A DNA stretch of 64,000 bases from a virus. The notes beneath the pieces are model-generated. The model had not been told where the DNA came from. It ran no database searches and was given only the letters and a program-made list of their open reading frames with translations. The position numbers and the translations under genes are program-made. The stretch spans positions 17,926 to 81,925 of IMG/VR virus record IMGVR_UViG_3300015241_000015; one strand, written 5' to 3'. Within the stretch, counting starts at the first letter, position 1. Every line of letters starts with the position of its first letter. Positions 32,494 to 42,375 of the stretch are shown one piece after another.

Positions 32494-32598
32494 ATGGACC
32501 TTAAAAAGTCGTCCTGGTTCCGCGTCACGGTATCAATCGAATGGAGATTGATACTCGCGATCGCGGCACTGGTCTTCGTTCTGCTGCTGCTTAAATAA
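32494..32598 (+). CDS. 34-aa hydrophobic peptide, type I toxin-like (copy A)
   Basis: MDLKKSSWFRVTVSIEWRLILAIAALVFVLLLLK; AAGGAGGTGG RBS; structured leader; terminator 32605-32641. Confidence 0.75.
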   Translation: MDLKKSSWFRVTVSIEWRLILAIAALVFVLLLLK

Positions 32599-33158
32599 CA
32601 GCAACCCTTGGGCGGTTCACCCTCCGTCCAGGGGCTTTTTTATTCTACCAGAGGCCGTTCGTCGCTTGCAATTTATGATAAAGTTTTCGGGGTTTGGAGG
32701 GCGCCGTGACTTGGTCTGAATCGACGTTTACGGAGTGCGTAAAGGCCCAATGTGGATACTGTTTCCATCCCTCATACCACCCAATTGAATACTCGAAGAC
32801 ATTCGACGGGTGGATCCACGCGCACAAGAAATACAATTTGCATCAACGATGTGGCGCCAAGCTGCTTTGGGCCTTGCGGAAATCACGAAAGGACGCCGTC
32901 AAGAATGCCTGATTTTCAGATCCATCCCGATAACAAATGCCCCAAATGTGGACACGAATTGCCCATGGCGAGCAGTCCTACGCACCCAGGAATGCGGCCC
33001 AAAGAAGGCGATCTGTCGATCTGCATTGGCTGTGGCGCCGGGTTGGTCTACACGGCCGACGGTCGAACCCGGCTCATGACCATCCGCGAATTGGGCGAAA
33101 GCCCCGAAGTGCGGCGGCTGCAACGTTCACTCCGCGAGTTCCGGGCGGCAGGCAACTG

Positions 33159-33593
33159 ATGTCCAAAGTGCTTAGCCTGACTCAACCCTGGGCTTCCCTG
33201 GTCTGCCTGGGCGCCAAAAAGATCGAAACCCGCTCCTGGCACACCAATTATCGCGGCGGACTCCTGATCCACGCCAGCAAAGCCTATCCCAAGTGGGCCA
33301 AAGAATGCGAAGAGGAAGAGCCGTTCCTGTCCGCCCTGCGCCCCGGAGGCGTCTATTGTGAGCCAGCAGCCGTCTGCGGCCAGATCATTGGTCAATGTCG
33401 ACTCGTGGATTGCATTCACACCCAGGCCGTGGCCCGCCTGAATCCACTCGAAGCCGAGTTTGGCGACTTTTCCCCGGGCCGCTATGCCTGGATACTCGAA
33501 CAGGCTTCCTTCCTGTTCCACCCAATCCCCGCCAAAGGGGCTCTGGGCTTGTGGGAGCATCCATCATTGAATTGGAGCAAGATCGACACGTAA
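33159..33593 (+). CDS. ASCH-domain protein
   Basis: LSLTQPWASLVCLGAKKIETRSW...LLIHAS...GQIIG...PIPAKGALGLW. Confidence 0.85.
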   Translation: MSKVLSLTQPWASLVCLGAKKIETRSWHTNYRGGLLIHASKAYPKWAKECEEEEPFLSALRPGGVYCEPAAVCGQIIGQCRLVDCIHTQAVARLNPLEAEFGDFSPGRYAWILEQASFLFHPIPAKGALGLWEHPSLNWSKIDT

Positions 33594-33773
33594 TCGCTCC
33601 AGGATCGTCCGTGTTCCACGCGCTGCAAAAACTGAGGCTACGGTATGTCGGCAACGCTTAAAACGCAAATTTGGAAGGGTGGCCCCAGGGCGAACAGGCC
33701 GTTTGGCGCTTGCAGATTTTGCGATATACTGAAAAGGCCCCTTGCTGGATGGACACCAACAAGAGGCCTGCTG

Positions 33774-33881
33774 TCACCGCTTAAACAGCAGCAACAGCAC
33801 TACGGCAACCAACTCCGCGATCACCAGAACCAGCCCTTCGGCCGATACGGTGATCCGGAGTTTGGACGTTTTCAAGTCCAT
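33774..33881 (-). CDS. 35-aa hydrophobic peptide, type I toxin-like (copy B)
   Basis: MDLKTSKLRITVSAEGLVLVIAELVAVVLLLLFKR; AAGGAGGTGG RBS; leader homologous to copy A; terminator 33732-33769. Confidence 0.75.
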   Translation of the reverse strand: MDLKTSKLRITVSAEGLVLVIAELVAVVLLLLFKR

Positions 33882-34920
33882 GGCTTACCCACCTCCTTCC
33901 AAACTGACCCGGTTTCTCGGGCCTCCCGTCCTCAGACGAAACCTTTGAGCGCCTTGAACCGGCGCGTCCGGCGACGAAATAGCCAAATCAGAAGGAGGCA
34001 AGGCCATCACACCAGGGAAAGGGCGAACAAAAGGCGTAATTCTGGAGCCGTCTGTCTGGCAACCATGGATGAATACAGCACGAAACAGCAAGTCGTTTTT
34101 AATATGGGGGCAATACCGTCACTCTCACCCCCGAAATCGCCAAAAATTAAGTCATTGAAAACAAACAGCCAAGTGCGGTCGCTCCACGGGCTGGATACAA
34201 AGAGTCATCGCAGCGGGAATGAGCCGGTTTTTGAGGCGTTTTCCACAGGGTATGACGCCGGATGTTTACGGCGAAAATTGAAGGTTTCGTATAGTACTAT
34301 GCGAGTCTTTCCAGACCGAGGCAAATTGCACCATTTCTGGTGCAATTTAGTCAAATGAAGTTTTGTAGGAGACCCCACCCGAGTTAAATTTTGCATCGGG
34401 GATTCACCCGGTCGGGATTAAGAGTTTATACGGTGAAATCGCGAAATCGCCATTTGTGGTTTTAAAATGTTTTAGGGGTACGAATTTTTCCCCGAAAAGG
34501 TGGTTATGACTTTACATGAACTTAAGAACGAGTTGATAGGGGCTGGCGCCGAGATTTTGGAGCTTCAGCCGGGGTCAACCGTGCTCCTGGTCATCAACCG
34601 GAGGTGGGTTAGCGGGACCGCCCAAAAGGAAATCCGGGACGGCTTTGCCGCCGCCGGCGTTAAAGTGGTCATGGCTTTGGTGGCCGATGACCCGGATCAG
34701 GCCATCCGGGCTTTGAGGATCGGATGACTTGGACCTTCCCTCATATCAACCTCTGGTGGGAGAACGCAGCGTTGTTGTTGTTCCAAACTGTCTCGGTGGT
34801 CTTTCTGTGCAGGATGATGCTTTTGGTTTCGCGGCATGAACGTGAAATGCGGAAGCACCTGAAGGAGATCGAGGAGCTGAGAGATCAGGTCAACAAGCGC
34901 TGGCCAGATTGGAAATCACT

Positions 34921-35496
34921 ATGAAAAAGATCATCAGCCTATTCCAGCGAAACTATGACGGTGATCGCCTCGTCCGGGATGAAGTCGTTCCTGGCGCCGA
35001 GTGGGTCATCGCGGGCGAGGGAGTGGCAACGCGAAAGTTCGATGGCGCCTGTTGCATGGTGCGCGGCGGGAAACTCTTCAAGCGGTACGACGCCAAGGCT
35101 GGCAGGATCCCGCCAGCAGGATTTGAACCCGCCCAAGACCCGGATGAAACCACCGGACACCTTCCCGGCTGGCTCCCGGTGGGCGAGGGGCCGGAGGACC
35201 GCTGGTTCCGGGCGGCGCTCAAGACTAGGATGGAACTTGAGACGGCGATAGTATCTAAACTCGAAGATGGAACCTATGAGGCTTGCGGACCCCACTTCCA
35301 GAGCAATACGGAGCAATGGCCGGAAGACGGTCTGATCACGCATGGCGCACGCAAACTGCCGGATGCCCCACGAACCTTCGTGGAATTGCGCGAGTATCTG
35401 GAAGATGGAAAGATAGAGGGCATCGTGTGGCATCACCCCGACGGCCGCATGGTGAAGATCAAGGGAAAAGATTTCGGCTTCAAGCGGAGGCGATGA
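34921..35496 (+). CDS. RNA-ligase-like nucleotidyltransferase (DUF5565-like)
   Basis: ATRKFDG (KxDG motif I), GTYEACGP, EGIVW, MVKIK. Confidence 0.7.
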   Translation: MKKIISLFQRNYDGDRLVRDEVVPGAEWVIAGEGVATRKFDGACCMVRGGKLFKRYDAKAGRIPPAGFEPAQDPDETTGHLPGWLPVGEGPEDRWFRAALKTRMELETAIVSKLEDGTYEACGPHFQSNTEQWPEDGLITHGARKLPDAPRTFVELREYLEDGKIEGIVWHHPDGRMVKIKGKDFGFKRRR

Positions 35497-35713
35497 TGGC
35501 GAAGTGCCCCGACTGCAACAAGGACGCTTGGCTCAATGGGCGATCCGTGGCGCACCGCTTCCTCTATGGCCAAGGTAAGAACGCAGTGGAATTATGGGCG
35601 CTAGTAGCGGTCGGATATTGCTCGGCGTGCGATATTGAATTCTCGGTGGTGGGCGATGAGGAAGCCCAGGCCATTGAGGGGTATCTTAGAACTCAAGAAA
35701 TGATGGGGGAGCC

Positions 35714-36118
35714 GTGAAGCGTAGAAACTTCCTGGAACTTATGGGGTGGAGTGTGGCCGGATCTTTACTGGTCCCCTCGACCCGTGTGTATTCATTCCCC
35801 AAGGTAATCCGCCGCTATACTACTCCGGATATGTGGTGGATGACCCGCGCATGTACGGGCAATGGTTGGTTCACAACCGACAACGCCCTCTCGATTGAAG
35901 GTGCTTGCGAGATGACGGAGACCCTGCTCCGCACTCCTGATGGAAAGATTGAACGCATCCTAAAGGTCGGCGATCGGATAATCGATCACCAGCGTGACTG
36001 TCCAATTACGTTCTTGAATCTATCCCAAGACTGGATTACCAGAGCGACTTCGGACGCTCGCACGGAAGACATCTTGGCTTCGGGGCGGGTAGGGTGGTGG
36101 CTTCCGGCAGAGGAGTAA
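35714..36118 (+). CDS. Hypothetical protein with twin-arginine-like N-terminus
   Basis: MKRRNFLELMGWSVAGSLLVP. Confidence 0.6.
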   Translation: MKRRNFLELMGWSVAGSLLVPSTRVYSFPKVIRRYTTPDMWWMTRACTGNGWFTTDNALSIEGACEMTETLLRTPDGKIERILKVGDRIIDHQRDCPITFLNLSQDWITRATSDARTEDILASGRVGWWLPAEE

Positions 36119-36121
36119 AGA

Positions 36122-36448
36122 ATGAAACGTAGAAACTTCTTGCAGTGGATGACGGTAGGCGCGGCGGGGCTGGTAATCCCGAATGCCCGGGTGTGGTCGT
36201 TCCCGAAAGAGATCAAGCGCTATGACGGTTCCAACTTCGCGTCGTATGGTGGCTTTATCCGGAACGTTGATCCCCTGCCCGATTCAATCTTTGTCAACGA
36301 TCCTGCTTGGCTTATTCCAGAGAAATATCTAGGGCAAACCCCCATTGATTCTTTTTTCAAGACACGCCCCCTGATGTTTCGTTTACGAGCGACTGAATTC
36401 AAAGGAGGAACTCCGATTGAAATTTGGGATCAAGAGCCCCTGCCGTGA
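36122..36448 (+). CDS. Hypothetical protein with twin-arginine-like N-terminus
   Basis: MKRRNFLQWMTVGAAGLVIP. Confidence 0.6.
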   Translation: MKRRNFLQWMTVGAAGLVIPNARVWSFPKEIKRYDGSNFASYGGFIRNVDPLPDSIFVNDPAWLIPEKYLGQTPIDSFFKTRPLMFRLRATEFKGGTPIEIWDQEPLP

Positions 36449-36803
36449 TTGCCCGTTTCGCAGCGACGTTCGTCCGTACATTTGCAGTGCGCGTAGAATC
36501 GCCAAGGCTCTCGCCGATGACAACAACTGGTTCGCCTGTCACGAAACTACCGGCGTAAGCGCGGGCAAACGGATAAAAGTTGAGAACCATTCTCACTGCA
36601 TGGGCGCCATGCGGGTCTTGTGGAGGTCCGGCCTCATCAATGTAGCCATGCGGTTGGCCCTGTATTTCGATCTACTGAAACGCGAAGACCTGGACACCCC
36701 AGAGCCACCCGTCTTCGGTAGCCTCGAAGAGTTTCGCTGTCATCACGATGGCGATATCTTGCCAAGCAATAAAAAAAGGGCTACGCCGAAACAGTTAGCG
36801 TAG
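36417..36803 (+). CDS. Cys/His-rich phage protein
   Basis: PCRDCPFRSD...FACHET...HCMGA. Confidence 0.6.
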   Translation: MKFGIKSPCRDCPFRSDVRPYICSARRIAKALADDNNWFACHETTGVSAGKRIKVENHSHCMGAMRVLWRSGLINVAMRLALYFDLLKREDLDTPEPPVFGSLEEFRCHHDGDILPSNKKRATPKQLA

Positions 36804-36830
36804 CCCCCGTCCCAGACCGGGACCGTTCCT

Positions 36831-38096
36831 TTAGTTGGTCACAAAAAATACGTCATAGGCAGTGCGTCCGACTTCCGACGCTTCGTCTCGCCGATCACGT
36901 TTTATGCCTTGATTGACCCGGGCCTTATAGCGGAACTGGTTTCCGAATTCGTCAGTCCGGCGTGATTCGCCATATGCCAGACTGAGCGAGTAAACGCCCA
37001 GTTCCGGCAGGGTATGCAACTCTTCCGGTTGGGATATCCCGTCGTGGTTTGAGTCGATCCATAGGCGTAACCGCGAGAATACCGCGTCATTCTCGTCGAT
37101 GATTCCATCTCCGTTGCCGCCCTGGTCCAGTTCGTCCCACTCGGCCAAAGCCAGAAATCCATTAGCGTGCCTAGTCTTATCCTGTGCCGCGAAATTGCTG
37201 AACAGGTCTTTGCCGCTATGCACCATGCCATCGCCTTCTGGTAAGGCAAGGAAGGCGTTATGGAAGCCAGCGGATGTCCATGAAAGTTGGATTGGACGCC
37301 CATCGCCACGAATGTCAAAGGTTACTCCGTCGGCGAAAGAAGTCATATGAAAACCTTCGCCTTCGGTGTCGATGAGGATCGGATCACAGCCATCTCCAGT
37401 GCTCAGTAATGGGTCAATATTACCTTCATTTCCGCACTTTCCCCCCCCACCGCCGCCTCCGCCGCCTCCACCTGAAGGCGGTGGGTATTGGCTGGCTACT
37501 TGCAGATCGTCGCAAAGGCTACCGTGATTGGGGGCTTCAGTTCCAATACTATCTGGGATATTACGGCCTTGGTCGTTGGGTCCAGAGATTTGGTTCATAA
37601 CAGTCTGGCCGGAGGATTGAGCGCCACCTGTTACATCCTTGAGGCCCATGCTATGGCCAATCTCGTGCATGGCAACCTTCTTGAAAATGGTGCTATATCC
37701 AACTAAGGATGTGGGGTTATAGATTGGTTTCCCATCTGCTCCGTTATTGTTGATACCAATCGTTGTACTAGCAGAGTCAACACTGCTGGATGAATTTATC
37801 GTCGTTCTGGCGCCAGCAGTCGAGCCATCAGGAGTTGTTCCGTTATTCCAGGTCCAGTCTGGAGTCTGGGAACCGGTCGCTTCAGTGAATGTGACGTTGG
37901 AACCGTTGTGGGCATTTGCGGTGTTCCATTCGTCAAACCCTTGCCGAACTTGTGTTTTCTCTGTGTCTGATAAGTTTCCAAGTGAATAGGTGTGTGTGCT
38001 TCCTTGCGCCCAATTGACTCCTGTCGTGGCGGGACAATCGGCGAAAGCGAGCACGGGAGACACACTTAGGCATAGTACTGCTATGATATTTTTCAT
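36831..38096 (-). CDS. Secreted metzincin-like metalloprotease with Gly linker and C-terminal Asp-rich Ca-binding domain (moron)
   Basis: Signal peptide; HEIGHSMGLKD zinc motif; TVMN Met-turn; poly-Gly linker; DPILIDTEGEG...LRLWIDSNHDGISQPEEL. Confidence 0.8.
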   Translation of the reverse strand: MKNIIAVLCLSVSPVLAFADCPATTGVNWAQGSTHTYSLGNLSDTEKTQVRQGFDEWNTANAHNGSNVTFTEATGSQTPDWTWNNGTTPDGSTAGARTTINSSSSVDSASTTIGINNNGADGKPIYNPTSLVGYSTIFKKVAMHEIGHSMGLKDVTGGAQSSGQTVMNQISGPNDQGRNIPDSIGTEAPNHGSLCDDLQVASQYPPPSGGGGGGGGGGGKCGNEGNIDPLLSTGDGCDPILIDTEGEGFHMTSFADGVTFDIRGDGRPIQLSWTSAGFHNAFLALPEGDGMVHSGKDLFSNFAAQDKTRHANGFLALAEWDELDQGGNGDGIIDENDAVFSRLRLWIDSNHDGISQPEELHTLPELGVYSLSLAYGESRRTDEFGNQFRYKARVNQGIKRDRRDEASEVGRTAYDVFFVTN

Positions 38097-38111
38097 AGAT
38101 TTGTCCTCGTC

Positions 38112-38840
38112 TTATTTCGAGCAGGGGGCTGTGACGGCGGCCCGCAATTCAGTCAAGAAATTGCTCTCGTGGGTAAAGCTAGCGATGGCCGGTTGCTCGG
38201 TATCGGTTGCCCTAACCGAGTCCTGCGACCCTTTTCCCAGAGAGAATGCGCCGCCCCGGAACGCTAAATAAGTTTTGGTTTCCGGGAGATAACGCAAGAG
38301 CAAGGCGTAGCGGGTATTCAATGAGAATAAAGGAAATTCGCCCACGGTTGATGTAACAGAATGGCCGTTAACGGTAGCCCTGCCACCAGGGCGAGTGACA
38401 ATGATATTGTCACCGGGATTGATCTGTCCTTTGACTACCGACTCAACATGAAAACTGCTGTCGGTGAAGAGAAAATCTCCAGCCTCAACAATGGAACTCT
38501 CGGAGGCCGTGAATGACCCAACCACAACGGTATCGCTGTTATAGCAAGCGAAGCTAACTAGGTTGTGATCGGGATAGGATGGAGGAGGTGGGCTGTTTTT
38601 GTCCCTTTCCCCAATGAGAATAAACGTTTGGACTCTGGTGTTTACGTCTCTGCCGGCGCTTATTTCTTCGAGAATCTTCTTAGGCCCGTGGAACTCGTTA
38701 TGAATCTTGGCATGGGCGGTCTTGATGACAATGGATGAAACCGGAGTGACCGGCTTTGGTGTAATCGTCTGGATCGTGGTCTGCTGTCCAAGTGCGCACA
38801 TGGAGAGCAGTAGGACCGCGACGAGTGGGCAATATTTCAT
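38112..38840 (-). CDS. Secreted protein co-transcribed with the protease
   Basis: Signal peptide MKYCPLVAVLLLSMCALG-Q; DTVVVG...VESVVKG...IVTRPGG OB-like pattern. Confidence 0.7.
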   Translation of the reverse strand: MKYCPLVAVLLLSMCALGQQTTIQTITPKPVTPVSSIVIKTAHAKIHNEFHGPKKILEEISAGRDVNTRVQTFILIGERDKNSPPPPSYPDHNLVSFACYNSDTVVVGSFTASESSIVEAGDFLFTDSSFHVESVVKGQINPGDNIIVTRPGGRATVNGHSVTSTVGEFPLFSLNTRYALLLRYLPETKTYLAFRGGAFSLGKGSQDSVRATDTEQPAIASFTHESNFLTELRAAVTAPCSK

Positions 38841-38971
38841 CGGGACTTCCTTCCTTTGGTTCCGAGTAAGTCTTGCAGCGTTCTAATTTAAACACAAAAA
38901 TCTCTCGCTTGCAATTATCCAAGACTTGGAGTTCAATAGCACTGGTGTTTCGGTAACGGAAAGGCGCAAGA

Positions 38972-39277
38972 ATGCCGAAATTTTGGGTCAATGGGGTGGT
39001 AGCGGCGCGGGACGGTAAGCCGTATATTCAACTCTCCAATGAAAATGGCATGATCGCGCAATTGACGATGGTCGATGCCCGGGCGGTGGCCATGGATATC
39101 TTGGTGATGTGCTCGCGCTCCGAGGCCGACGCCATGCTACTGAAGTTCTTTCGCAAAAACGATTTCCCGGAAAACGCTGCCGGAGCCATGCTGGTGGACT
39201 TTCGTGACTTCCGCCACGACTTGGATATGGAGACAAGCAAAAGATTCGAGGGCGACCCCGAGGACGGGCAAATATGA
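38972..39277 (+). CDS. Hypothetical protein
   Basis: ORF coupled to next gene. Confidence 0.55.
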   Translation: MPKFWVNGVVAARDGKPYIQLSNENGMIAQLTMVDARAVAMDILVMCSRSEADAMLLKFFRKNDFPENAAGAMLVDFRDFRHDLDMETSKRFEGDPEDGQI

Positions 39278-39783
39278 ACGCCCAGCAAGCACAGGTGGAC
39301 CAGAATTTGCAGGAGATCGCCGAGATTCTATTGGCGAAAGTCAAGGAAGGCATGGTGAATGACGCTGTGGTTCCGCCGACTATCTTCCTTGGCACTGCGG
39401 ACGGCAAGATCCACACCTGCTTCCTGGATTTTGGAGACGATGAAACGAAACGCACGAGCTGCCTTCAAGCCACGCAGTTGGCGCGCGAGATTCATGCCGT
39501 CACCGGTTTCTTCGTTACGGATATGTGGATGAAATGCGGGACATGTTTACCTGAAGAAACGCCGCGCCAAGCCATGGAGCGCGATGCCAGAGAGAGAGCC
39601 GGAGTCCGCATAAGCGAACTGCCCGACAAGCGCGAGGCGATCGTGGTTGTGGCTATGGGGCCAGGAGTGAAGAGTTTCACTTTGAGTTTAGAGCACTGGA
39701 AGGAAGGCTCTGTTGTGCGCTTTGGTGAGCCCATACTGTTTGACGGCGTGATCTGCGACCTGTTTCCGCCATGGTGGGATTGA
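39274..39783 (+). CDS. Hypothetical protein
   Basis: ATGA-coupled ORF. Confidence 0.6.
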   Translation: MNAQQAQVDQNLQEIAEILLAKVKEGMVNDAVVPPTIFLGTADGKIHTCFLDFGDDETKRTSCLQATQLAREIHAVTGFFVTDMWMKCGTCLPEETPRQAMERDARERAGVRISELPDKREAIVVVAMGPGVKSFTLSLEHWKEGSVVRFGEPILFDGVICDLFPPWWD

Positions 39784-40061
39784 AATGAATGAGTTGGAAA
39801 AGCTTTGTATCTACTGCGAAGAGATGACAACCGATGACGACCGGGTTCTATTGCGCGATGGAGCCGCATACCATCGAGCCTGCTTCCTGCGCCAGTTCCT
39901 GGGGGGAGTCGCGCACATTGAGAGGCGTTGCTCGTGCTTCGTGGAAGGCGCCGAAGAGATCGATCCTCCTGGAGTCACCTTGCGCCAAGGGGCTATGCTG
40001 GCGCTCGAAGCCCATCAGCGGCAATTACAGGCCAGAGAACAGCGGCATAAGGACAACTGAC

Positions 40062-40490
40062 ATGGGAATCGGCAGTTACATCTTGGACGATCAAGGCAAT
40101 CCGGTCATTGAGGCGAATCTCGACAAGTGGGCACGGTGGTTTGAACGCCTGGAGAATAGGGTATTGCGATCCGACCATGTCGGCGAGGTTCACGTATCCA
40201 CAGTATTCCTAGGGGTAGATCACTCTTTTTCATCTGCCCCTAAGCCGATCCTATGGGAGACCATGATCTTTGGCGGTCACTACGACCAGCGCCAATGGCG
40301 TTACGATAGCCGCGAGGCCGCTGAAAAAGGCCACCGGAAAGCGCTGAAGCTAGTAACGGATCGGGCCAAGAAAATATCAGAAGCAGTTAGAGTCATTGAA
40401 ACGGCGGCCAAGCGTGTGGGGATAGAGGATCCCCACGTAGTCGTTGTAGATCCGAGAGAGAAGAAAGATAGAAAGGTAAGACCAAAATGA
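40062..40490 (+). CDS. Conserved-looking phage protein
   Basis: YILDDQGNPV...WARWFE...VSTVFLGVDHSF...WETMIFGG. Confidence 0.65.
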   Translation: MGIGSYILDDQGNPVIEANLDKWARWFERLENRVLRSDHVGEVHVSTVFLGVDHSFSSAPKPILWETMIFGGHYDQRQWRYDSREAAEKGHRKALKLVTDRAKKISEAVRVIETAAKRVGIEDPHVVVVDPREKKDRKVRPK

Positions 40491-41155
40491 AAACAGGACT
40501 CACGCAATTCACGCTCGTACTCGATCGTAGCGGTTCGATGGAATCAATCAAGGATGCCACCATCGCCGGGGTCAACGAGTTCATCCTGGCGCAAAAGCAT
40601 GTGCCAAGCGAAGCCAATATTTACGCCGTCAAATTCGACACTGAATACGAAATAATTTACGAAGGCTCTCTTGGGGCGATGCCACTGCTCGACGGCAACA
40701 GTTATCAGCCACGCGCCAACACCGCTCTCCATGACGCCATAGGCCGAGCCATCACCCACACGGGGCAGACGCTGGCGAGCCAACCGGAGCAGGAGCGGGC
40801 GGAGAAAGTGATTTTTGCCATCATGACCGACGGACTGGAAAACGCCTCACGCGAGTATGACCGCGAGAAGATCGCACAGATGGTTAAGCTCCAGCGGGAA
40901 ATCTACAAATGGGAATTCCTCTATCTGGGCGCGAACCAGGATGCGGTGCTGGTGGGAGAGCAGTTGAATATTCCGAGATCGCACTCTGTAACCTACGCTG
41001 CGGCGCCAGCAAATGTCATGTCTGTTATACGCGGCATGTCGGCCAATGCCCAGATGTATCGCCAGGGGGTAGGTGGAGCAAGGGCGATGGCGTTCACCAA
41101 TGAACAGCGCAACGAGGCTGTCATCGCAGACGATGTGCGAGAAGCCGCGAAGTAA
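40487..41155 (+). CDS. von Willebrand factor A domain protein
   Basis: MIDAS LDRSGSM; TALHDAIG; IMTDGLENAS; WEFLYLGAN. Confidence 0.9.
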   Translation: MKTGLTQFTLVLDRSGSMESIKDATIAGVNEFILAQKHVPSEANIYAVKFDTEYEIIYEGSLGAMPLLDGNSYQPRANTALHDAIGRAITHTGQTLASQPEQERAEKVIFAIMTDGLENASREYDREKIAQMVKLQREIYKWEFLYLGANQDAVLVGEQLNIPRSHSVTYAAAPANVMSVIRGMSANAQMYRQGVGGARAMAFTNEQRNEAVIADDVREAAK

Positions 41156-41173
41156 GAGGAGAGATAAATCAAG

Positions 41174-42361
41174 ATGGCGTGGACTTGTAACGATTGCGGA
41201 CTAGTACGAGAGAAACCCGAGAAGCGCATCCCCACAGGCTGGAAGAAAATCCCGGCGCATGAAACTCGACTGGAGGCGCTCTACTGCCACGCCTGCCTCT
41301 TGAAGCGCTACTCCCTGCGCGCCATTACCATTCCCGTGGCTTCACCACTGGACTGCGACTGGAAAGAACTGGACGCCAAGCTGGCATCGATGTGGCAAAT
41401 GACCACCCAGATGTCCAACTGGATCATGACGCAACTCTACTCCCGCGATACCATGCGCGTGAACTCGACAGACAAGCTTGCGCCCATGCCGCGCATTTAT
41501 CTCTACCCAGAACTGCGAGTCAAGTGGCCGCAGATGCCCAGCCAATGCACGGCCAGCCTGGAGCAAAGCGTAAGCAAAAAATATCGGGCGCTCCGTCGCT
41601 TCGTGATTGGAAGCTACAGTAAGAGCCTGCCGTCAATGCGCTACCCGACTCCCTTCCCGATCCCAGCCCAGGGCTGGTCGGTGTTCATCGACAACCAATG
41701 TCCGGTGGTCAGTGTGCGGATTGGGGATAGCCGAATGAAACTGCGATTGCGGGGTGGATTCCGCTATCGCCGGCAACTCGGAGCCGTGAAGGAAATGATC
41801 TCGGGCGCGGCCATGACCGGGGAGTTGGCCATCTTCCGCAATCGCGATGAGATTCTGGTCAAACTGGTGGCGTGGTTGCCGCGGCTGGCGCAGAAGAAAC
41901 GCGATGGCGACCTGATAGTCCGCACCACCAAAGAGTCTCTCCTATGCGCGCTCAACGCCAAAGATGAGGTGTTATGGAATTACAACGCCGATCATATCCT
42001 CAAATGGCAGAGCGAACACCGCCGCCGACTGCAACGTTGGGCAGAAGACCAAAAATATGAGCAGCGCCCGGTTCCAACCTTCGCCGCATGGCGCGAGATT
42101 ATGGTGGAGAGGCAACGCGACCGGATGGACAGCGCTTGTCATCAAATCGCGGCGCAACTGATCGGCTACGCGGCCCGCCGCAATTTCGCGCAAGTGATCT
42201 ACGACGATTCAGATACTTCGTTCGCGGCCGAGTTCACATATTTCAAATTGCGGCAATTGATTGAGGAGAAAGCAAATTATGAGGGGATAATTTTTATTCA
42301 CGCAAATCAGGCCACATCTGTTGTAAAATCTGAAACGTTGCCGGACAAGGCAACTGAATAA
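41174..42361 (+). CDS. Nuclease-dead TnpB/Cas12f-like RNA-guided protein with N-terminal Zn finger
   Basis: CNDC...CHAC Zn ribbon; SLPSMR..PFP WED-like segment; bridge helix/RuvC-II RMDSACHQIAAQLIGYAARRNFAQVIYDD; FTYFKLRQLIEEKANYEGI; RuvC-I DxG replaced by LIVRTT; no RuvC-III; abuts repeat array. Confidence 0.75.
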   Translation: MAWTCNDCGLVREKPEKRIPTGWKKIPAHETRLEALYCHACLLKRYSLRAITIPVASPLDCDWKELDAKLASMWQMTTQMSNWIMTQLYSRDTMRVNSTDKLAPMPRIYLYPELRVKWPQMPSQCTASLEQSVSKKYRALRRFVIGSYSKSLPSMRYPTPFPIPAQGWSVFIDNQCPVVSVRIGDSRMKLRLRGGFRYRRQLGAVKEMISGAAMTGELAIFRNRDEILVKLVAWLPRLAQKKRDGDLIVRTTKESLLCALNAKDEVLWNYNADHILKWQSEHRRRLQRWAEDQKYEQRPVPTFAAWREIMVERQRDRMDSACHQIAAQLIGYAARRNFAQVIYDDSDTSFAAEFTYFKLRQLIEEKANYEGIIFIHANQATSVVKSETLPDKATE

Positions 42362-42375
42362 AAGAAGAATTTTCA

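Noticed and set aside
33645-34358. 237-aa ORF
   Set aside because: Overlaps toxin locus B antisense and regulatory DNA; composition not protein-like
41174-42361. Active IS200/IS605 transposon
   Set aside because: No TnpA, catalytic residues lost, no element ends evident
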